A DNA stretch of 64,000 nucleotides from Eledone cirrhosa (Eukaryota): NCBI GenBank assembly GCA_964016885.1, contig OZ024744.1, positions 107,632,001 to 107,696,000 on the forward strand, written 5' to 3'. A program made the position numbers and the translations under genes. Below are positions 1-12,000 of the stretch, one piece after another. Position 1 is the first letter of the stretch. Each line of letters starts with the position of its first letter. The notes under the pieces are model-generated. The model saw only the letters and a list, made by a program, of their open reading frames with translations, was not told the origin of the DNA and searched no databases.

Positions 1-3000
1 CAAGAGACTGGTTGTTGGATGGAGTGTCCAGCAGAGACAAGTGACTGGTTGTTGGATGGAGTGTCCAGTAGAGATAAGAGACTGGTTGTTGGATGGAGTG
101 TCCAGCAGAGACAAGGTACTGGTTGTTGGATGGAGTGTCTAGTAGAGACAAGGGACTGGTTGTTGGATGGAGTGTCCAGTAGAGACAAGAGACTGGTTGT
201 TGGATGGAGTCTCCAGTAGAGACAAGAGACTGGTTGTTGGATGTAGTGTCCAGTAGAGACAAGAGACTGGTTGTTGGATGGAGTGTCCAGTAGAGACAAG
301 AGACTGGTTGTTGGATGGAGTGTCCAGTAGAGACAAGGGACTGGTTGTTGGATGGAGTGTCCAGTAGAGACAAGGGACTGGTTGTTGGATGGAGTGTCCA
401 GTAGAGAAAAGAGACAGGTTGTTGGATGGAGTGTCCAGTAGAGACAAGGGACTGGTTGTTGGATGGAGTGTCCAGTAGAGACAAGAGACTGGTTGTTGGA
501 TGGAGTGTCCAGTAGAGACAAGGGACTGGTTGTTGGATGGAGTGTCCAGTAGAGACAAGAGACTGGTTGTTGGATGGAGTGTCCAGTAGAGACAAGAGAC
601 TGGTTGTTGGATGGAGTGTCCAGCAGAGACAAGAGACTGGTTGTTGGATGTAGTGTCCAGTAGAGACAAGAGACTGGTTGTTGGATGGAGTGTCCAGTAG
701 AGACAAGGGACTGGTTGTTGGAAGGAGTGTCCAGCAGAGACAAGAGACTGGTTGTTGGATGGAGTGTCCAGTAGAGACAAGGGACTGGTTGTTGGATGGA
801 GTGTCCAGTAGAGACAAGAGACTGGTTGTTGGATGGAGTCTCCAGTAGAGACAAGAGACTGGTTGTTGGATGTAGTGTCCAGTAGAAACAAGAGACTGGT
901 TGTTGGATGGAGTGTCCAGTAGAGACAAGGGACTGGTTGTTGGAAGGAGTGTCCAGCAGAGACAAGAGACTGGTTGTTGGATGGAGTGTCCAGTAGAGAC
1001 AAGAGACTGGTTGTTGGATGGCGTGTCCAGCAGAGACAAGGGACTGGTTGTTGGATGGAGTGTCCAGTAGAGACAAGAGACTGGTTGTTGGATGGCGTGT
1101 CCAGCAGAGACAAGAGAGTGGTTGTTGGATGGAGTGTCCAGTAGAGACAAGGGACTGGTTGTTGGATGGAGTGTCCAGTAGAGAAAAGAGACAGGTTGTT
1201 GGATGGAGTGTCCAGTAGAGACAAGGGACTGGTTGTTGGATGGAGTGTCCAGTAGAGACAAGAGACTGGTTGTTGGATGGAGTGTCCAGTAGAGACAAGG
1301 GACTGGTTGTTGGATGGAGTGTCCAGTAGAGACAAGAGACTGGTTGTTGGATGGAGTGTCCAGTAGAGACAAGAGACTGGTTGTTGGATGGAGTGTCCAG
1401 CAGAGACAAGAGACTGGTTGTTGGATGGAGTGTCCAGTAGAGACAAGGGACTGGTTGTTGGATGGAGTGTCCAGTAGAGACAAGAGACTGGTTGTTGGAT
1501 GGAGTGTCCAGTAGAGACAAGAGACTGGTTGTTGGATGGAGTGTCCAGCAGAGACAAGAGACTGGTTGTTGGATGGAGTGTCCAGTAGAGACAAGGGACT
1601 GGTTGTTGGATGGAGTGTCCAGTAGAGACAAGAGACTGGTTGTTGGATGGAGTGTCCAGTAGAGACAAGAGACTGGTTGTTGGATGGAGTGTCCAGCAGA
1701 GACAAGAGACTGGTTGTTGGATGGAGTGTCCAGTAGAGACAAGGGACTGGTTGTTGGATGGAGTGTCCAGTAGAGACAAGAGACTGGTTGTTGGATGGAG
1801 TCTCCAGTAGAGACAAGAGACGGGTTGTTGGATGGAGTGTCCAGTAGAGACAAGGGACTGGTTGTTGGATGGAGTGTCCAGTAGAGACAAGAGACTGGTT
1901 GTTGGATGGAGTGTCTAGTAGAGACAAGGGACTGGTTGTTGGATGGAGTGTCCAGTAGAGACAAGAGACTGGTTGTTGGATGGAGTGTCCAGTAGAGACA
2001 AGGGACTGGTTGTTGGATGTAGTGTCCAGCAGAGACAAGAGACTGGTTGTTGGATGGAGTGTCCAGCAGAGACAAGAGACTGGTTGTTGGATGGAGTGTC
2101 CAGTAGAGACAAGGGACTGGTTGTTGGATGGAGTGTCCAGTAGAGACAAGAGACTGGTTGTTGGATGGAGTGTCCAGCAGAGACAAGAGACTGGTTGTTG
2201 GATGGAGTGTCCAACAGAGACAAGGGAGTGGTTGTTGGATGTAGTGTCCAGTAGAGACAAGAGACTGGTTTTGGATGGAGTGTCCAGTAGAGACAAGGGA
2301 CTGGTTGTTGGATGGAGTGTCCAGTAGAGACAAGGGACTGGTTGTTGGATGGAGTGTCCAGTAGAGACAAGATACTGGTTGTTGGATGGAGTGTCCAGTA
2401 GAGACAAGATACTGGTTGTTGGATGGAGTGTCCAGTAGAGACAAGAGACTGGTTTTGGATGGAGTGTCCAGTAGAGACAAGGGACTGGTTGTTGGATGGA
2501 GTGTCCAGTAGAGACAAGGGACTGGTTGTTGGATGGAGTGTCCAGTAGAGACAAGGGACTGGTTGTTGGATGGAGTGTCCAGTAGAGACAAGATACTGGT
2601 TGTTGGATGGAGTGTCCAGTAGAGACAAGAGACTGGTTTTGGATGGAGTGTCCAGTAGAGACAAGGGACTGGTTGTTGGATGGAGTGTCCAGTAGAGACA
2701 AGGGACTGGTTGTTGGATGGAGTGTCCAGTAGAGACAAGAGACTGGTTGTTGGATGGAGTGTCCAGTAGAGACAAGAGACTGGTTGTTGGATGGAGTGTC
2801 CAGCAGAGACAAGAGACTGGTTGTTGGATGGAGTGTCCAGTAGAGACAAGAGACTGGTTGTTGGATGGAGTGTCCAGTAGAGACAAGAGACTGGTTGTTG
2901 GATGGAGTGTCCAGCAGAGACGAGAGACTGGTTGTTGGATGGAGTGTCCAGCAGAGACAAGAGACTGGTTGTTGGATGGAGTGTCCAGTAGAGACAAGAG

Positions 3001-6000
3001 ACTGGTTGTTGGATGGAGTGTCCAGTAGAGACAAGAGACTGGTTGTTGGATGGAGTGTCCAGCAGAGACAAGAGACTGGTTGTTGGATGGAGTGTCCAGC
3101 AGAGACGAGAGACTGGTTGTTGGATGGAGTGTCCAGCAGAGACGAGAGACTGGTTGTTGGATGGAGTGTCCAGCAGAGACAAGAGACTGGTTGTTGGATG
3201 GAGTGTCCAGCAGAGACGAGAGACTGGTTGTTGGATGGAGTGTCCAGCAGAGACAAGAGACTGGTTGTTGGATGGAGTGTCCAGTAGAGACAAGAGACTG
3301 GTTGTTGGATGGAGTGTCCAGTAGAGACAAGAGACTGGTTGTTGGATGGAGTGTCCAGTAGAGACAAGAGACTGGTTGTTGGATGGAGTGTCCAGTAGAG
3401 ACAAGGGACTGGTTGTTGGATGTAGTGTCCAGTAGAGACAAGAGACTGGTTGTTGGATGGAGTGTCCAGTAGAGACAAGAGACTGGTTGTTGGATGGAGT
3501 GTCCAGTAGAGACAAGAGACTGGTTGTTGGATGGAGTGTCCAGTAGAGACAAGGTACTGGTTGTTGGATGGAGTGTCTAGTAGAGACAAGAGACTGGTTG
3601 TTGGATGGAGTGTCCAGTAGAGGCAAGATACTGGTTGTTGGATGGAGTGTCCAGTAGAGACAAGAGACTGGTTGTTGGATGGAGTGTCCAGTAGAGACAA
3701 GAGACTGGTTGTTGGATGGAGTGTCAAGTAGAGACTAGAGACTGGTTGTTGGATGGAGTGTCCAGTAGAGACAAGAGACTGGTTGTTGGATGGAGTGTCC
3801 AGTAGAGACAAGAGACTGGTTGTTGGATGGAGTGTCAAGTAGAGACTAGAGACTGGTTGTTGGATGGAGTGTCCAGTAGAGACAAGAGACTGGTTGTTGG
3901 ATGGAGTGTCCAGTAGAGACAAGAGACTGGTTGTTGGATGGAGTGTCCAGTAGAGACAAGAGACTGGTTGTTGGATGGAGTGTCCAGTAGAGACAAGGGA
4001 CTGGTTGTTGGATGGAGTCTCCAGTAGAGACAAGGTACTGGTTGTTGGATGGAGTGTCCAGTAGAGACAAGGGAGTGGTTGTTGGATGGAGTGTCCAGTA
4101 GAGACAAGAGACTGGTTGTTGGATGGAGTGTCCAGTAGAGACAAGAGACTGGTTGTTGGATGGCGTGTCCAGTAGAGACAAGAGACTGGTTGTTGGATGG
4201 AGTCTCGAGTAGAGACAAGAGACTGGTTGTTGGATGGAGTGTCCAGTAGAGACAAGGGACTGGTTGTTGGATGGAGTCTCCAGTAGAGACAAGGGAGTGG
4301 TTGTTGGATGGAGTGTCCAGTAGAGACAAGAGACTGGTTGTTGGATGGAGTGTCCAGTAGAGACAAGGTACTGGTTGTTGGATGGAGTGTCCAGTAGAGA
4401 CAAGGGAGTGGTTGTTGGATGGAGTGTCCAGTAGAGACAAGAGACTGGTTGTTGGATGGAGTGTCCAGTAGAGACAAGAGACTGGTTGTTGGATGGCGTG
4501 TCCAGTAGAGACAAGAGACTGGTTGTTGGATGGAGTCTCCAGTAGAGACAAGGGACTGGTTGTTTGTTGGAGTGTCCAGTAGAGACAAGAGACTGGTTGT
4601 TGGATGGAGTGTCCAGTAGAGACAAGGGACTGGTTGTTGGATGGAGTCTCCAGTAGAGACAAGAGACTGGTTGTTGGATGGAGTGTCCAGTAGAGACAAG
4701 GTACTGGTTGTTGGATGGAGTGTCTAGTAGAGACAAGAGACTGGTTGTTGGATGGAGTGTCCAGTAGAGACAAGGTACTGGTTGTTGGATGGAGTGTCTA
4801 GTAGAGACAAGAGACTGGTTGTTGGATGGAGTGTCCAGTAGAGACAAGGGACTGGTTGTTTGTTGGAGTGTCCAGTAGAGACAAGAGACTGGTTGTTGGA
4901 TGGAGTGTCCAGTAGAGACAAGGGACTGGTTGTTGGATGGAGTCTCCAGTAGAGACAAGGGAGTGGTTGTTGGATGGAGTGTCCAGTAGAGACAAGAGAC
5001 TGGTTGTTGGATGGAGTGTCCAGTAGAGACAAGAGACTGGTTGTTGGATGGCGTGTCCAGTAGAGACAAGAGACTGGTTGTTGGATGGAGTGTCCAGTAG
5101 AGACAAGAGACTGGTTTTGGATGGAGTGTCCAGTAGAGACAAGAGACTGGTTGTTGGATGGAGTGTCCAGTAGAGACAAGGGACTGGTTGTTGGATGGAG
5201 TGTCCAATAGAGACAAGGGACTGGTTGTTGGATGGAGTGTCCAGTAGAGACAAGGTACTGGTTGTTGGATGGAGTGTCCAGTAGAGACAAGAGACAGGTT
5301 GTTGGATGGAGTGCCCAGTAGAGACAAGGGAGTGGTTGTTGGATGGAGTGTCCAGTAGAGACAAGAGACTGGTTGTTGGATGGAGTGTCCAGTAGAGACA
5401 AGAGACTGGTTGTTGGATGGAGTGTCTAGTAGAGACAAGAGACTGGTTGTTGGATGGAGTGTCCAGTAGAGACAAGAGACAGGTTGTTGGATGGAGTGTC
5501 CAGCAGAGACAAGAGACAGGTTGTTGGATGGAGTGTCCAGCAGAGACAAGAGACTGGTTGTTGGATGGAGTGTCCAGTAGAGACAAGGTACTGGTTGTTG
5601 GATGGAGTGTCCAGTAGAGACAAGGGACTGGTTGTTGGATGGAGTGTCCAATAGAGACAAGGGACTGGTTGTTGGATGGAGTGTCCAGTAGAGACAAGGT
5701 ACTGGTTGTTGGATGGAGTGTCCAGTAGAGACAAGAGACAGGTTGTTGGATGGAGTGTCCAGTAGAGACAAGGGAGTGGTTGTTGGATGGAGTGTCCAGT
5801 AGAGACAAGAGACTGGTTGTTGGATGGAGTGTCCAGTAGAGACAAGAGACTGGTTGTTGGATGGAGTGTCTAGTAGAGACAAGAGACTGGTTGTTGGATG
5901 GAGTGTCCAGTAGAGACAAGAGACAGGTTGTTGGATGGAGTGTCCAGCAGAGACAAGAGACAGGTTGTTGGATGGAGTGTCCAGCAGAGACAAGAGACTG

Positions 6001-9000
6001 GTTGTTGGATGGAGTGTCTAGTAGAGACAAGAGACTGGTTGTTGGATGGAGTGTCCAGTAGAGACAAGAGACAGGTTGTTGGATGGAGTGTCCAGCAGAG
6101 ACAAGAGACTGGTTGTTGGATGGAGTGTCCAGTAGAGACAAGAGACAGGTTGTTGGATGGAGTGTCCAGTAGAGACAAGGGAGTGGTTGTTGGATGGAGT
6201 GTCCAGTAGAGACAAGAGACTGGTTGTTGGATGGAGTGTCCAGTAGAGACAAGAGACTGGTTGTTGGATGGAGTGTCTAGTAGAGACAAGAGACTGGTTG
6301 TTGGATGGAGTGTCCAGTAGAGACAAGAGACAGGTTGTTGGATGGAGTGTCCAGCAGAGACAAGAGACAGGTTGTTGGATGGAGTGTCCAGCAGAGACAA
6401 GAGACTGGTTGTTGGATGGAGTGTCTAGTAGATGCAAGGGAGTGGTTGTTGGATGGAGTGTCCAGTAGAGACAAGAGACTGGTTGTTGGATGGAGTCTCC
6501 AGTAGAGACAAGGGACTGATTGTTGGATGGAGTGTCCAGTAGAGACAAGAGACAGGTTGTTGGATGGAGTGTCCAGCAGAGACAAGAGACAGGTTGTTGG
6601 ATGGAGTGTCCAGCAGAGACAAGAGACTGGTTGTTGGATGGAGTGTCCAGTAGAGACAAGAGACAGGTTGTTGGATGGAGTGTCCAGCAGAGACAAGAGA
6701 CTGGTTGTTGGATGGAGTGTCTAGTAGAGACAAGAGACTGGTTGTTGGATGGAGTCTCCAGTAGAGACAAGGGAGTGGTTGTTGGATGGAGTGTCCAGTA
6801 GAGACAAGAGACTGGTTGTTGGATGGAGTGTCCAGCAGTGACAAGAGACTGGTTGTTGGATGGAGTGTCCAGTAGAGACAAGGGACTGGTTGTTGGATGG
6901 AGTGTCTAGTAGAGACAAGAGACTGGTTGTTGGATGGAGTGTCTAGTAGAGACAAGAGACTGGTTGTTGGATGGAGTGTCCAGTAGAGACAAGAGACTGG
7001 TTGTTGGATGGAGTCTCCAGTAGAGACAAGGGAGTGGTTGTTGGATGGAGTGTCCAGTAGAGACAAGAGACAGGTTGTTGGATGGAGTGTCCAGCAGAGA
7101 CAAGAGACTGGTTGTTGGATGGAGTGTCTAGTAGAGACAAGAGACTGGTTGTTGGATGGAGTCTCCAGTAGAGACAAGGGAGTGGTTGTTGGATGGAGTG
7201 TCCAGTAGAGACAAGAGACTGGTTGTTGGATGGAGTGTCCAGCAGTGACAAGAGACTGGTTGTTGGATGGAGTGTCCAGTAGAGACAAGGGACTGGTTGT
7301 TGGATGGAGTGTCTAGTAGAGACAAGAGACTGGTTGTTGGATGGAGTGTCCAGTAGAGACAAGAGACTGGTTGTTGGATGGAGTGTCCAGTAGAGACAAG
7401 AGACTGGTTGTTGGATGGAGTGTCCAGTAGAGACAAGAGACTGGTTGTTGGATGGAGTGTCTAGTAGATGCAAGGGACTGGTTGTTGGATGGAGTGTCCA
7501 GTAGAGACAAGAGACTGGTTGTTGGAAGGAGTGTCTAGTAGAGACAAGAGACTGGTTGTTGGATGGAGTGTCCAGTAGAGACAAGAGACTGGTTGTTGGA
7601 TGGAGTGTCCAGTAGAGAAAAGAGACAGGTTGTTGGATGGAGTGTCCAGTAGAGACAAGAGACTGGTTGTTGGATGGAGTCTCCAGTAGAGACAAGAGAC
7701 TGGTTGTTGGATGGAGTGTCTAGTAGAGACAAGAGACTGGTTGTTGGATGGAGTGTCCAGTAGAGACAAGGGACTGGTTGTTGGATGTAGTGTCCAGTAG
7801 AGACAAGAGACTGGTTGTTGGATGGAGTGTCCAGCAGAGACAAGAGACTGGTTGTTGGATGGAGTGTCCAGTAGAGACAAGAGACTGGTTGTTGGATGGA
7901 GTGTCCAGTAGAGACAAGAGACTGGTTGTTGGATGGAGTGTCCAGTAGAGACAAGAGACTGGTTGTTGGATGGAGTGTCCAGTAGAGACAAGAGACAGGT
8001 TGTTGGATGGAGTCTCCAGTAGAGACAAGAGACTGGTTGTTGGATGGAGTGTCCAGTAGAGACAAGAGACTGGTTGTTGGATGGAGTGTCTAGTAGAGAC
8101 AAGAGACTGGTTGTTGGATGGAGTGTCCAGTAGAGACAAGGGACTGGTTGTTGGATGTAGTGTCCAGTAGAGACAAGAGACTGGTTGTTGGAAGGAGTGT
8201 CCAGCAGAGACAAGAGACTGGTTGTTGGATGGAGTGTCCAGCAGAGACAAGAGACTGGTTGTTGGATGGAGTGTCCAGTAGAGACAAGAGACTGGTTGTT
8301 GGATGGAGTGTCCAGTAGAGACAAGTTGTTGGATGGAGTCTCCAGTAGAGACAAGAGACTGGTTGTTGGATGGAGTGTCTAGTAGAGACAAGAGACTGGT
8401 TGTTGGATGGAGTGTCCAGTAGAGACAAGGGACTGGTTGTTGGATGTAGTGTCCAGTAGAGACAAGAGACTGGTTGTTGGATGGAGTGTCCAGTAGAGAC
8501 AAGAGACTGGTTGTTGGATGGAGTCTCCAGTAGAGACAAGGGAGTGGTTGTTGGATGGAGTGTCCAGTAGAGACAAGAGACTGGTTGTTGGATGGAGTGT
8601 CCAGTAGAGACAAGAGACTGGTTGTTGGATGGAGTGTCCAGTAGAGACAAGGGACTGGTTGTTGGATGGAGTGTCTAGTAGAGACAAGAGACTGGTTGTT
8701 GGATGGAGTGTCTAGTAGAGACAAGAGACTGGTTGTTGGATGGAGTCTCCAGTAGAGACAAGGGAGTGGTTGTTGGATGGAGTGTCCAGTAGAGACAAGA
8801 GACTGGTTGTTGGATGGAGTGTCCAGTAGAGACAAGAGACTGGTTGTTGGATGGAGTGTCCAGCAGAGACAAGGGACTGGTTGTTGGATGAAGTGTCCAG
8901 CAGAGACAAGAGACTGGTTGTTGGATGGAGTGTCTAGTAGAGACAAGGTACTGGTTGTTGGATGGAATGTCCAGTAGAGACAAGAGACAGGTTGTTGGAT

Positions 9001-12000
9001 GTAGTGTCCAGTAGAGACAAGAGACTGGTTGTTGGATGGAATGTCCAGTAGAGACAAGGGACTGGTTGTTGGATGGAGTGTCTAGTAGAGACAAGAGACT
9101 GGTTGTTGGATGGAGTGTCCAGTAGAGACAAGGGAGTGGTTGTGGATGGAGTGTCCAGTAGAGACAAGAGACTGGTTGTTGGATGGAGTCTCCAGTAGAG
9201 ACAAGGGAGTGGTTGTTGGATGGAGTGTCCAGTAGAGACAAGAGACTGTTTGTTGGATGGAGTGTCTAGTAGAGACAAGAGACTGGTTGTTGGATGGAGT
9301 GTCAAGTAGAGACAAGAGACTGGTTGTTGGATGGAGTGTCTAGTAGAGACAAGTGACTGGTTGTTGGATGGAGTGTCCAGTAGAGACAAGGGACTGGTTG
9401 TTGGATGGAGTGTCCAGTAGAGACAAGGGACTGGTTGTTGGATGGAGTGTCCAGCAGAGACAAGAGACTGGTTGTTGGTTGGAGTGTCCAGCAGAGACAA
9501 GAGACTGGTTGTTGGATGGAGTCTCCAGTAGAGACAAGGGACTGGTTGTTGGATGGAGTGTCCAGTAGAGACAAGGGACTGGTTGTTGGATGAAGTGTCC
9601 AGTAGAGACAAGGGACTGGTTGTTGGATGGAGTGTCCAGTAGAGACAAGAGACTGGTTGTTGGATGGAGTGTCCAGCAGAGACAAGAGACTGGTTGTTGG
9701 ATGGAGTGTCCAGTAGAGACAAGGGACTGGTTGTTGGATGGAGTGTCCAGTAGAGACAAGGGACTGGTTGTTGGATGAAGTGTCCAGTAGAGACAAGGGA
9801 CTGGTTGTTGGATGGAGTGTCCAGTAGAGACAAGAGACTGGTTGTTGGATGGAGTGTCCAGCAGAGACAAGAGACTGGTTGTTGGATGGAGTGTCCAGTA
9901 GAGACAAGGGACTGGTTGTTGGATGGAGTGTCCAGTAGAGACAAGATACTGGTTGTTGGATGGAGTGTCCAGTAGAGACAAGAGACTGGTTGTTGGATGG
10001 AGTGTCCAGCAGAGACAAGAGACTGGTTGTTGGATGGAGTGTCCAGTAGAGACAAGGGACTGGTTGTTGGATGGAGTGTCCAGTAGAGACAAGAGGCTGG
10101 TTGTTGGATGGAGTGTCCAGCAGAGACAAGAGACTGGTTGTTGGATGGAGTGTCCAGCAGAGACAAGAGACTGGTTGTTGGATGGAGTGTCCAGTAGAGA
10201 CAAGAGGCTGGTTGTTGGATGGAGTGTCCAGCAGAGACAAGAGACTGGTTGTTGGATGGAGTGTCCAGCAGAGACAAGAGACTGGTTGTTGGTTGGAGTG
10301 TCCAGCAGAGACAAGGGACTGGTTGTTGGATGGAGTGTCCAGTAGAGACAAGAGGCTGGTTGTTGGATGGAGTGTCCAGCAGAGACAAGAGACTGGTTGT
10401 TGGATGGAGTGTCCAGCAGAGACAAGAGACTGGTTGTTGGATGGAGTGTCCAGTAGAGACAAGAGACTGGTTGTTGGTTGGAGTGTCCAGCAGAGACAAG
10501 GGACTGGTTGTTGGATGAAGTGTCCAGTAGAGACAAGGGACTGGTTGTTGGATGGAGTGTCCAGTAGAGACAAGGGACTGGTTGTTGGATGGAGTGTCCA
10601 GTAGAGACTAGAGACTGGTTGTTGGATGGAGTGTCCAGTAGAGACAAGGGACTGGTTGTTGGATGGAATGTCCAGTAGAGACAAGGGACTGGTTGTTGGA
10701 TCGAGTGTCCAGCAGAGGCAAAGGACTGGTTGTTGGATGGAGTGTCCAGCAGAGACAAAGGACTGGTTGTTGGATGGAGTGTCCAGCAGAGACAAGAGAC
10801 TGGTTGTTGGTTGGAGTGTCCAGTAGAGACAAGGTACTGGTTGTTGGATGGAATGTCCAGTAGAGACAAGGGACTGGTTGTTGGATGGAGTGTCCAGCAG
10901 AGACAAGGGACTGGTTGTTGGATGGAGTGTCCAGCAGAGACAAGGGACTGGTTGTTTGATGAAGTGTCCAGTAGAGACAAGGGACTGGTTGTTGGATGGA
11001 GTGTCCAGTAGAGGCAAGAGACTGGTTGTTGGATGGAGTGTCCAGTAGAGACAAGGGACTGGTTGTTGGATGGAGTGTCCAGCAGAGACAAGAGACTGGT
11101 TGTCAGATGGAGTGTCCAGTAGAGGCAAGGGACTGGTTGTTGGATGGAGTGTCCAGTAGAGACAAGATACTGGTTGTTGGATGGAGTGTCCAGTAGAGAC
11201 AAGAGACTGGTTGTTGGATGGAGTGTCAAGTAGAGACAAGAGACTGGTTGTTGGATGGAGTGTCCAGTAGAGACTAGAGACTGGTTGTTGGATGGAGTGT
11301 CCAGTAGAGACAAGAGACTGGTTGTTGGATGGAGTGTCCAGCAGAGACAAGTGACTGGTTGTTGGATGGAGTGTCCAGTAGAGATAAGAGACTGGTTGTT
11401 GGATGGAGTGTCCAGTAGAGACAAGAGACTGGTTGTTGGATGGAGTGTCCAGTAGAGACAAGGGACTGGTTGTTGGATGGAGTCTCCAGTAGAGACAAGA
11501 GACTGGTTGTTGGATGGAGTGTCCAGTAGAGACAAGAGACTGGTTTTGGATGGAGTGTCCAGTAGAGACAAGGGACTGGTTGTTGGATGGAGTGTCCAGT
11601 AGAGACAAGAGACTGGTTGTTGGATGGAGTCTCCAGTAGAGACAAGAGACTGGTTGTTGGAAGGAGTGTCCAGTAGAGACAAGGGACTGGTTGTTGGATG
11701 GAGTGTCCAGTAGAGACAAGGGACTGGTTGTTGGATGGAGTGTCCAGTAGAGACAAGATACTGGTTGTTGGATGGAGTGTCCAGTAGAGACAAGATACTG
11801 GTTGTTGGATGGAGTGTCCAGTAGAGACAAGAGACTGGTTTTGGATGGAGTGTCCAGTAGAGACAAGGGACTGGTTGTTGGATGGAGTGTCCAGTAGAGA
11901 CAAGGGACTGGTTGTTGGATGGAGTGTCCAGTAGAGACAAGGGACTGGTTGTTGGATGGAGTGTCCAGTAGAGACAAGATACTGGTTGTTGGATGGAGTG

